DNA of 63,798 nt. Source: Pseudomonadota bacterium (GTDB lineage Bacteria > Desulfobacterota > Binatia > Bin18). The notes beneath the pieces are model-generated. The model did no database searches. It was given only the letters and a program-made list of their open reading frames with translations, and was not told where the DNA came from. The position numbers were made by a program, and so were the translations under genes. Where the stretch lies: assembly GCA_005804965.1 (NCBI GenBank), contig SYOC01000222.1:1-63798 (forward strand), given 5' to 3'. This document shows positions 26,473 through 34,001 of the stretch, piece by piece. Numbering within the stretch: the first letter of the stretch is position 1; every line of letters begins with the position of its first letter.

Positions 26473-27615
26473 ATGGTGAACCGTCATTTTTGGCTCGAAC
26501 GCATTGAACAACAGTGGTCCCGCCGCTCTGTCCTCTGGTTACGGGGGGTGCGCCGCGCGGGGAAGACTTCGTTGGCCCAATCGCTGCCTAACGTCGAGTA
26601 TTTCGACTGCGAATTGCCGCGCATCCGGCGAGCTATGGAAGACCCGGAAGCTTTCCTGCAAGGGCTGCGCGGCAAACGTGTGGTTCTCGACGAAGTGCAT
26701 CGCCTGCCCAACCCTTCGGAAGTGCTCAAGATCGCCGCCGATCACTTTCCCACAGTTCGCGTCCTGGCCACCGGCTCCTCGACATTGGGTGCGAGCAGCC
26801 GCTTTCGCGACACACTCGCCGGGCGCAAGACGGAACTCTGGCTCACCCCGATGATCGAAGCGGATCTAGCCGACTTTGACGACACCGATCTCTCCCATCG
26901 CTTGCTGCATGGTGGGCTGCCGCCCTTCTTCCTGTCGCCGGAACCGCCCGAGCGCGATTTCCAGGAATGGATGGATGCCTACTGGGCCAAGGACATTCAG
27001 GAACTCTTCCGCTTGGAGCGCCGCGCTTCCTTCCAGCGCTTCGTGGAACTGCTCATGGCCCAGAGTGGCGGCATTTTTGAGGCGACCAAATTCGCCGCGC
27101 CATGTGAAGTCAGCCGCACCACCATCACGAACTATCTCGCCGTCCTCGAAGCCACCTCCGTGGCCCTGGTGCTCCGACCGTTCAGTTCCCGCCGCAGCAA
27201 CGAAATCATCGCCGCCCCCAAAGTTTATGGCTTCGACACCGGCTTCGTCTGCGCCTATCGCGGCTGGACCAGCCTGCGGCCTGACGACCTGGGCCACCTC
27301 TGGGAACACTACGTCCTCAACGAACTCACCGCGCAGCTTCAGACCGCCGACCTGCGTTACTGGCGGGACAAGCAAGGTCACGAAGTGGACTTGATCTGGG
27401 TGTCGCGCGGGAAAAGCCCGGTGGCGATCGAATGTAAATGGTCCGCTCGTGACTTCAATCCGGCGAACCTACTGGTCTTCTCCCGCGCCTATCCCAAGGC
27501 AACATTGCTGGTGACGACCCCCGACGCCCGACCTGCTTTCACCCGAAAGTACAGCGGCATCGACGTCCAATTCCTGACCCTTGACCGTCTCGCCCCGTAC
27601 ATTGCTGGCAAGTGA
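26473..27615 (+). CDS. AAA+ ATPase with DUF4143 / PD-(D/E)xK C-terminal domain
   Basis: Walker A is GVRRAGKTS and Walker B is VVLDEVH. A wHTH-like segment reads VSRTTITNYLAVLE. The C-terminal region reads HEVDLIW...AIECKW. Confidence 0.85.
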   Translation: MVNRHFWLERIEQQWSRRSVLWLRGVRRAGKTSLAQSLPNVEYFDCELPRIRRAMEDPEAFLQGLRGKRVVLDEVHRLPNPSEVLKIAADHFPTVRVLATGSSTLGASSRFRDTLAGRKTELWLTPMIEADLADFDDTDLSHRLLHGGLPPFFLSPEPPERDFQEWMDAYWAKDIQELFRLERRASFQRFVELLMAQSGGIFEATKFAAPCEVSRTTITNYLAVLEATSVALVLRPFSSRRSNEIIAAPKVYGFDTGFVCAYRGWTSLRPDDLGHLWEHYVLNELTAQLQTADLRYWRDKQGHEVDLIWVSRGKSPVAIECKWSARDFNPANLLVFSRAYPKATLLVTTPDARPAFTRKYSGIDVQFLTLDRLAPYIAGK

Positions 27616-27728
27616 ACTAAAAAGAAGCCACGCTTGGCCAGTTCGACTTGCTGTGGGACGCCGGTTGATTGCTTCGCGTTCAACTGCTCATGCGTTGCGG
27701 AGGGGACGGAGCTTCTTCAGGGAGCGGG

Positions 27729-28859
27729 TCAGGCGCGCAGTTGTGTTGGCGTGCAAATTGTCACCGTCAAGTCTCCATAGCGTTTGTTGTAGGCGGGATC
27801 GCCGGAGGGTGTCACCAGATAGTTGCGTCCTTGTGGATAGTAGCTGCGAAAGAGCTTGAGAGCAGAGCTATCGAATGCACCCGGGTCCCACTTGCACTCG
27901 ATGGCGTCCACTTCATCACGCCGCTGCGCCAGTACGAAGTCCACTTCCCGCCCCGCTTTGTCGCGCCAGTAACGGACAGGGAGGTCTGGGAAAGAGGCAT
28001 GCAGGTGCTCCAGCACGAAGTGTTCCCAGAGCGCGCCGAAGTCTTCCAGACGCAGCGGATCCCAGCCACGCGCGAAGCTCACGAAGCCGGTGTCGAAGGC
28101 ATAGACCTTGGGCTGCTTGACGATTTCGTGCTGGCCACCGCCGTAGAAAGGGCGGACCAGCGTGAGCGCATGGGTGATTCCCAGCGCACTCAGATGGCTC
28201 TCCACGGTTGGCCGTGTGATCCCCAGGGCGGAAGCAGTCTTGGTCACTTCAAACTGTCCGCCGCTTTGGCGCATGAGGTACTCGAACAATGCGTCGAAGC
28301 GATTCATATCGCGGAAGCCGAACAGCCGCTGGATGTCGCGGGCGAAAAACGAATCCATCCACTCGCGGTAAAACGTGGGCCGTTTCGCCTCCGCCAGCAG
28401 TGCAGGCGGCAAACCGCCCTGAAACAGCCGCTGCGGCAGCGTGACCCCGAAAGCCGCCAGCTCATCCCAGAGCACAGGCGTCAGATGGACGAGGCGCTTG
28501 CGACCGGTCAGGGTGTCGCGAAACTTATTGCTGGCCGCGAGGGTCGAGGACCCGGTCGCCAGAATCTTCAGCTTGGGGAAAACATCGGCACCGATCTTGA
28601 GGAGTCGCGCAGGATCGCGGAGTTGGTGGATTTCGTCAAAGACCACGACCGGCTTCACACAGGAGCGGAAGAACACTTGGGGATCGCTGACCATGTCCTC
28701 GACCGTGGGCAGGTCGCAATTAACGTAGAAGATACGCTCGGTACCCAGGCTTTCGGCCAACGTTGTCTTGCCTGAGCGCCGGACGCCAGACAGCCAAACG
28801 ATGGGTGCCTCGCGCCAGGCCTCTTCGATGCGTTGCCGCCAGAAAGGTCGTTCAATCAT
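27729..28859 (-). CDS. AAA+ ATPase with DUF4143 / PD-(D/E)xK C-terminal domain (paralog)
   Basis: Starts at the ATG at 28859 (MIERPFWRQRIEEAW...). Carries GVRRSGKTT, VVFDEIH and REVDFVL...AIECKW. By eye it is roughly half identical to the 26473 gene. Confidence 0.85.
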   Translation of the reverse strand: MIERPFWRQRIEEAWREAPIVWLSGVRRSGKTTLAESLGTERIFYVNCDLPTVEDMVSDPQVFFRSCVKPVVVFDEIHQLRDPARLLKIGADVFPKLKILATGSSTLAASNKFRDTLTGRKRLVHLTPVLWDELAAFGVTLPQRLFQGGLPPALLAEAKRPTFYREWMDSFFARDIQRLFGFRDMNRFDALFEYLMRQSGGQFEVTKTASALGITRPTVESHLSALGITHALTLVRPFYGGGQHEIVKQPKVYAFDTGFVSFARGWDPLRLEDFGALWEHFVLEHLHASFPDLPVRYWRDKAGREVDFVLAQRRDEVDAIECKWDPGAFDSSALKLFRSYYPQGRNYLVTPSGDPAYNKRYGDLTVTICTPTQLRA

Positions 28860-29142
28860 GCCAGCGGAGTATGCGTTTGGTCTTACCAAATGTAAAGTAT
28901 GGTAGCGCAGACAATCCTGCCTCCGTGTCACTTTAGGTTGCGGAAGCGTGTGGGCAGGAGCGCGTCGTCGCCTTCCAGGCGCTTGCCGAAGAACTGCAAA
29001 GGATGGTGCCTCAGCGGATGGTGCCTCGCGCGGTGCGAGTTCGATGCAGATGGGTGGAGCTTCTCCAAGTCGCGGTGTGAGGGGGAGAGGAAAAGCTATG
29101 CGTTTCCGCTGCGGTCCTCGATTTGATTGGTAAGGATTCCGC

Positions 29143-29346
29143 TCATTCCTCGCCCCGCGTGAGGGCCATCACGTCCGCCGTCGTCACGTCAGGAAGAGCG
29201 GCACCCCGCGCCCGTTTCAGCCAGACCTCGGCAGCCAGCGACGCTGCCCGCCGCGCACGATGCGTTTCCAGCCAGCGGGCGAGTTCCTCCACTTGCGATG
29301 TCGGCAAACGCTCGATCACGGTTTCAATTTCAGCAATGATGTTCAT
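29143..29346 (-). CDS. putative type II antitoxin (VapB-like partner of PIN toxins), orphan
   Basis: 67 aa reading MNIIAEIETVIERLPTSQVEELARWLE...TTADVMALTRGEE. This pattern is one I associate with PIN-toxin partners. The ATGA-coupled downstream ORF is only 16 codons long. Confidence 0.4.
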   Translation of the reverse strand: MNIIAEIETVIERLPTSQVEELARWLETHRARRAASLAAEVWLKRARGAALPDVTTADVMALTRGEE

Positions 29347-29588
29347 GGTCGAAAGTCTAGCACTGCGTCGGAGAAACCGTCAATCTGCCGCTCAAAAACT
29401 CCAGGCGGGCGAGAATATCTCTCCCGCTCCAAGTCAGGGAACTCTGCTAACAAGTCCTCTACCGAATCGCCACCGGCCAGGTATTCCAGCATGGTTTCCA
29501 CCGGGTAACGTAAGCCGCGCAGGCAGGGCTTCCCATGGCAAATGTCTGGATCGACCGCGATGCGTGAAAGCAGATCCTCGTTCGCCAT
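29343..29588 (-). CDS. DUF433-domain protein (possibly frameshifted tail)
   Basis: IAVDPDICHGKPCLRGLRYPVETMLEYLAGGDSVEDLLAEFPDL is the DUF433 core. After ...DLERE the +1 frame reads DILARLEFLSGRL, which fits the family better than the annotated tail. Confidence 0.65.
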   Translation of the reverse strand: MANEDLLSRIAVDPDICHGKPCLRGLRYPVETMLEYLAGGDSVEDLLAEFPDLERERYSRPPGVFERQIDGFSDAVLDFRP

Positions 29589-29862
29589 GCTTGCATTTTA
29601 CACGCTCAACTTGCCGATGCCAAGTTGGTGTTTTCCTCGCGAGCGGGTTCGGGCAGGTCCGCATCGTTGGGGTTTTCTGCTTGTTGACCTCCTGTCGTGT
29701 CCGACATATTAAGCCTCCCGCGCCACACCTTGAAAACGTCGATAATGTCTACAGAGGGAAATACCTAAAATTCCTCTCCTCTTGCACTTTTAGCGGAAAA
29801 TGTTTTGTTGACTGCTAGTATAGAAGGTAGTGAGAAGAGCCAGAGTATTGAGCGAGGAAGTC

Positions 29863-30522
29863 ATGGCGATAAAAGTCTTCGTAAGTGCTGGGACCCCGGC
29901 TGACGACACGCAAATGTCTTTTCGCGATGCAATTGTAAATACCATTGAACTGGTGGGTTTCACGCCTCGACTCATGAGTGCAAAGGACTGGGACTATCGA
30001 AATCCTCTCCGGGGGGTGCGTCGAGCTATGGACGAGTGTGAAGGTGCTGTGGTGGTTGCCTATCCTCGCTACCGAATTGAGGCAGGGCGAGAGCTTCGTC
30101 GCGAAGGAGGAGATGCATTAAATTGTGCGGCCTTTCCCACAGCATGGAACCAGATTGAGGCAGCGATGGCATACGAGAAAGGCTTGCCTCTCCTGGTCGT
30201 GGCAGACACGAAGCTGCGCCGCGAGGCTATGCTTGATTCTGCCAACGATATTCGCCCGTTTTGGACGGACCTAGATTCCGCTATTGGTCATTCTGATGAG
30301 TTTCTTGGCTACCTGCAAAGCTGGAAGCAGGATGTTGAGCAGCGTGCAAAGGCGCAGCCAGCAAACACGAACGTCTCGCTTCGTGACCTGACCGCCACAC
30401 AGGTTCTTGGAGTACTACCTTGGTACGAGTTGATGGGAGTTGTGGGTGGCCTTATCAGTGCGCTATTCGCGGCAGCAACGATAGGCTACCGAATAGGCTG
30501 CGGGCAATGGCCGTTTGGTTGA
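29863..30522 (+). CDS. TIR-like / nucleoside 2-deoxyribosyltransferase-like domain protein with C-terminal TM helix
   Basis: The ATG at 29863 follows GAGGAAG. The layout is KVFVSAG...ECEGAVVVAY...PTAWNQIEAAMAYEKGLPLLVVAD, a flavodoxin-like beta-alpha pattern with a conserved Glu. The C-terminal hydrophobic helix is LGVLPWYELMGVVGGLISALFAAATIGY. The upstream region is AT-rich. Confidence 0.5.
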   Translation: MAIKVFVSAGTPADDTQMSFRDAIVNTIELVGFTPRLMSAKDWDYRNPLRGVRRAMDECEGAVVVAYPRYRIEAGRELRREGGDALNCAAFPTAWNQIEAAMAYEKGLPLLVVADTKLRREAMLDSANDIRPFWTDLDSAIGHSDEFLGYLQSWKQDVEQRAKAQPANTNVSLRDLTATQVLGVLPWYELMGVVGGLISALFAAATIGYRIGCGQWPFG

Positions 30523-30597
30523 TTGACAAGCGAAGCCGACCTGAGACTTCGGGTTGCCGTCTAATGTCAGGCGGTTCTTTTCACGAAGCCACCGCCA

Positions 30598-31389
30598 TTA
30601 CCTCCCTCGAAACTTCGGCGTGCGTTTTTCCGTCATCGCCGTGACACCTTCTTTAGCGTCTTCCGTCGTCCACGTGTAGGCCTGATATTCTGACTCGATG
30701 TCGATGGCCGCGTCGAGTAGGTCGGCGTCGTTCTTGTAGAGCGCTTTCTTAGCCAGACGTACGGCGATGGGTGCGTTGGCAGCGATCTCGCGGGCGAGCG
30801 ACATGGCTTCGTCTAGCGCTTTTCCCGTAGGCACGACACGGTTGACCAAGCCCAACGCGTAGGCTTCTTCTCCACTATACAACTTGCCGGTGAAAATCAC
30901 TTCGCAAGCTTTGGCCATGCCGACGATGCGCGGGGTGGTGTAGGTGCCAGCCATGCCGGGGTGAATGCCGAGACGCACGAAGTTCAAGCCCATCTTGGCG
31001 TCCGCCGCCGCAACGCGCATATCGCACGCCAAGGCGACGCAGAATCCGGCTCCGACCGCGTGCCCATTAATGGCAGCGATGGTGGGAATTTCGAGCTGTC
31101 GCAGTGAGAGGAAGCGGTTGTAAAAGACTTTCGGTGGCTCGGTGTTGCGGGTAGCATCGCCGGAGGTGCGACTTTGCAAATTACCTTTGGCACCGCCGGC
31201 GCAGAATGCACGCCCGGCTCCGGTAAGGATGAGCACTCGCGCCTCTTGATCCTGCTTGAGTTCTTGCACGAACTGCGCGAACTCGTCGCCCATGTCCACA
31301 GTCATCGCGTTAAGACTTTCCGGGCGGTTCAACGTGAGCGTGACAATGCCATCCTGCTTATCAATAAGAAGGTTGTGATAGGTGGTCAT
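30598..31389 (-). CDS. enoyl-CoA hydratase/isomerase family protein
   Basis: 263 aa with crotonase motifs (LTLNRPESLNA, FCAGG, INGHAVGAGFCVALACD). Confidence 0.9.
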   Translation of the reverse strand: MTTYHNLLIDKQDGIVTLTLNRPESLNAMTVDMGDEFAQFVQELKQDQEARVLILTGAGRAFCAGGAKGNLQSRTSGDATRNTEPPKVFYNRFLSLRQLEIPTIAAINGHAVGAGFCVALACDMRVAAADAKMGLNFVRLGIHPGMAGTYTTPRIVGMAKACEVIFTGKLYSGEEAYALGLVNRVVPTGKALDEAMSLAREIAANAPIAVRLAKKALYKNDADLLDAAIDIESEYQAYTWTTEDAKEGVTAMTEKRTPKFRGR

Positions 31390-31512
31390 GACAGATCCTT
31401 TGTGACGGGAAGAAAAAGGCGTAACGGCTCGTCACGCCCTTGGAGTGGAGGACTTACTCGCGCCGAAGCACTGCTGGACGAGTCGGCAGCGCCGCCTGAC
31501 GAGGGTGATGGA

Positions 31513-31773
31513 TTAACTTGCCGCGCGGCGGCGAACTGGGGCATTGATGACGACTTCCGGCAGCGAATGTTCGTGCTGAAAGTCGATTTTGACCCCTTCT
31601 GGGTCAATGGAGATGTGGCGGCTGATGGTTTCCATGATGTCTTTGCGCAGGGCATCCATCTGATCGGCCGAAAGGCCCAGTCGATCATACACCAAGACCA
31701 CTTGCAGGCGATTCTTTGCTTCCCCTTTACTGCCTTTTGCGCCGAATAGTTTTTGTACGAACGTCCATGCCAT
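31513..31773 (-). CDS. minE: cell division topological specificity factor MinE
   Basis: Runs from the ATG at 31773 and begins MAWTFVQKLFGAKGSKGEAKNRLQVVLVYDRLGLSADQMDALRKDIMETI. It starts 4 nt after the minD stop. Confidence 0.85.
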   Translation of the reverse strand: MAWTFVQKLFGAKGSKGEAKNRLQVVLVYDRLGLSADQMDALRKDIMETISRHISIDPEGVKIDFQHEHSLPEVVINAPVRRRAAS

Positions 31774-31777
31774 GACC

Positions 31778-32572
31778 TTATCTCCCAAAGAAGAGTTTGC
31801 CGAGCCGCTGAATGAAGCCGACATTGCCATTGAGTTCGGGAATCGGTACGTCTTCGCCAAGAATGCGTTGTACGATTCGTCGATACGCTTGTCCTGAACG
31901 TGAGCGCTCGTTCAATACGACGGGCGCGCCAGAGTTCCCGGCAATCACTACCTCTTCGTCCTCTGGTACGATGCCGAGTAACGGAACGGCGAGAATTTCC
32001 AAAACGTCGCTCTGATTGAGCATCTGTTCTTTCTTCACCATCTCGGGGTTCATGCGATTGATGATGAGGCGCGGGTCGCCTATAGATTGCTGCAACAAGC
32101 CAATCACTCGGTCTGCGTCGCGGACCGGAGAAACTTCTGGAGTGGTGATGAGGATTGCCTCGTTGGCCCCAGCGATGGCGTTACGAAATCCTTGTTCGAT
32201 CCCAGCCGGGCAATCGATCAACACGAAATCGAAATCTTCTTTCAATTGCGCGGTCAGATCACGCATCTGCTCGGGGCTGATGTCTTCCTTCTGGTCCACC
32301 TGCGAGGCCGGAAGTAAGGAAAGATTAGGAAAGCGTTTATCTTTGATGAGGGCCTGACGCACTTGGCAGCGTCCGCGCACCACATCCAGCAGATGATAGA
32401 CAATGCGGTTTTCTAACCCCATGATGAGATCGAGATTGCGCAGACCGATGTCCCCGTCGATCATGACAACTTTGCGATCTTCTCTGGCGAGACCAAGACC
32501 AAGGTTCGCCGTTGCGGTAGTTTTTCCAACACCTCCTTTACCTGAGGTGACAACGATTGCTCGTCCGCCCAT
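31778..32572 (-). CDS. minD: septum site-determining ATPase MinD
   Basis: Contains GRAIVVTSGKGGVGKTT, the deviant Walker A. The ATG at 32572 follows AGGAGG. Confidence 0.95.
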   Translation of the reverse strand: MGGRAIVVTSGKGGVGKTTATANLGLGLAREDRKVVMIDGDIGLRNLDLIMGLENRIVYHLLDVVRGRCQVRQALIKDKRFPNLSLLPASQVDQKEDISPEQMRDLTAQLKEDFDFVLIDCPAGIEQGFRNAIAGANEAILITTPEVSPVRDADRVIGLLQQSIGDPRLIINRMNPEMVKKEQMLNQSDVLEILAVPLLGIVPEDEEVVIAGNSGAPVVLNERSRSGQAYRRIVQRILGEDVPIPELNGNVGFIQRLGKLFFGR

Positions 32573-32585
32573 AGCTCCGAGCCTC

Positions 32586-33323
32586 CTATAGCTTTCCTTG
32601 ATAGGGTTCAATCATGATGTGGTCATCTTTGACTCGTGCGATTTCCGGACGCGAGACGCGCCGGTTGTTCTGATCGTCATCTGCTCTAGCGATCATGGGG
32701 CCGATGCGAAGCTGCAACGGGGTGAGATTCAGCGCGACGACCACTGCGTCTTTATTGTCTGGATAGCCAGCATGAACCATACCTCGAAGCGTTCCCACCA
32801 CCACCACGTCGCCGCCTGCGAGAATTTCTGCTCCCTGATTCACATCTCCCATTACGATCACGTCGCCCTCGCAGATCTCTTTTTGCCCACCGCGCAAACC
32901 GCGCCGCAGATACGAAGTGTCCGTATTTTTCTGTGCGGCGGCTGGTGCTGTTTTCTGCTCCACAACCGACGCGACTAAGCTATCGCGTACCGGCAAACCT
33001 TCTTTGTAGAGCAGCTCGCGGCTTACGGGCGACGTGGCCACGGCATAGCGCAGCAAGAGCCCTTCGCCTAGCAAGAGTTCCTTGAGTTTCCACCATTCTT
33101 CTTTTTGTAGAAGGCGGTCGCCGAAAAATAGCACGACCGGCGAATCACGAAAGAAACCTTGGGCGCGCGCAAGTTCGTCCGTCACGGCTTGCAGCACGTC
33201 ATGAAAAGGCGCCTGGTCATGAAACAAGAAGGTCGGCCCGGCTTTGAGCCCTTTGATGGTGAACAGTTCCACTCCTCCCCCGACAGCGATGGCGCGATCT
33301 CTTGTGCTGGGAACTGAGATCAT
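32586..33323 (-). CDS. minC: septum site-determining protein MinC
   Basis: The C-terminal beta-helix region reads GDVNQGAEILAGGDVVVVGTLRGMVHAG. It lies upstream of minDE. I use the ATG at 33323. Confidence 0.8.
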   Translation of the reverse strand: MISVPSTRDRAIAVGGGVELFTIKGLKAGPTFLFHDQAPFHDVLQAVTDELARAQGFFRDSPVVLFFGDRLLQKEEWWKLKELLLGEGLLLRYAVATSPVSRELLYKEGLPVRDSLVASVVEQKTAPAAAQKNTDTSYLRRGLRGGQKEICEGDVIVMGDVNQGAEILAGGDVVVVGTLRGMVHAGYPDNKDAVVVALNLTPLQLRIGPMIARADDDQNNRRVSRPEIARVKDDHIMIEPYQGKL

Positions 33324-33394
33324 GCTTGAGTACCACGCCCTGTAGCAGAAAAATACAGGCTCCACAATGTCTAAGAACGCCCGTCTGCACGCTT

Positions 33395-33514
33395 GGTAGT
33401 GGTTCAATTTGATTCATTCCTATGTCTTCGTAGGGGCGGCCCTGCGTGGCCGCCCAGCAAAAGGGTACCCACATAGGGGTGCCCCTACAAGACAAAACGA
33501 AACTGTACCACTAC
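33395..33514. mobile_element. MITE copy 2 (120 bp) with perfect 9-bp target-site duplication
   Basis: Same element as at 23568. It is flanked by tgcacgctt at 33386-33394 and again at 33515-33523. Confidence 0.85.
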
Positions 33515-33530
33515 TGCACGCTTCCCCCGG

Positions 33531-33558
33531 TTGCGAGGATAGCAAAGCACGCTATAAA
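33531..33558 (+). promoter_or_regulatory. sigma70-like promoter candidate (TTGCGA-16 nt-TATAAA)
   Basis: The -35 element is at 33531-33536 and the -10 at 33553-33558. It lies about 55 nt upstream of the small ORF. Confidence 0.35.
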
Positions 33559-33611
33559 AGCTTGTCTCGTAACGAAGAGTCGTCACGAACGCAGAAGGGA
33601 GGTGAACTCGG

Positions 33612-33716
33612 GTGCATAGAGAACGAGAGAAAGAGATCCGCCGCCGCCGGAAACGGCGCGAGAAGAGTCTGAAACGTCGCGTTAAAGAAATGAAAGCACA
33701 GGCGAAAAAAGGGTAG
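33612..33716 (+). CDS. small Arg/Lys-rich protein (34 aa), unannotated
   Basis: GGGAGGTG lies 7 nt before the GTG at 33612, and an in-frame TGA lies 9 nt upstream. The translation is (M)HREREKEIRRRRKRREKSLKRRVKEMKAQAKKG. It falls below the ORF-track length cutoff. Confidence 0.35.
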   Translation: MHREREKEIRRRRKRREKSLKRRVKEMKAQAKKG

Positions 33717-33819
33717 CCGAAACTCTGGAATCTGAAGGCCTATCCAGATTTACTCCAGCGGGGTCAAGCAAGATTCTTCGCTGTGCTGCTCAGAAACAAA
33801 ATCTTCGACTATGGCAGCC

Positions 33820-33895
33820 CGTCATTCCGGGCGAGCACCGCGAGACCCGGAATCCAGAAGCAAAAAGCTGGAGTCCCGCCTGCGCGGGAATGACG
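33820..33895. repeat. REP/BIME-like palindromic units
   Basis: Contains cgtcattccgggcgagcaccgcgagacccggaatccag (33820-33857) and ctggagtcccgcctgcgcgggaatgacg (33868-33895). The upstream cagaaacaaaat module is shared with 246-262. Confidence 0.6.
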
Positions 33896-34001
33896 TTCCT
33901 TTTGCTTCTGCACATGCACTTAGCGCCTGCGCTATGAGCGGCTCAGAATGACATTCCTGGAAGGGTCCATCGTAAAGTGTACGAATGTCACGCACTCTGG
34001 T

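Noticed and set aside
27669-28775. 368-aa ORF on the plus strand
   Set aside because: It is antisense to the second DUF4143 ATPase, whose Walker motifs and paralogy to the 26473 gene make the minus-strand frame the real one.
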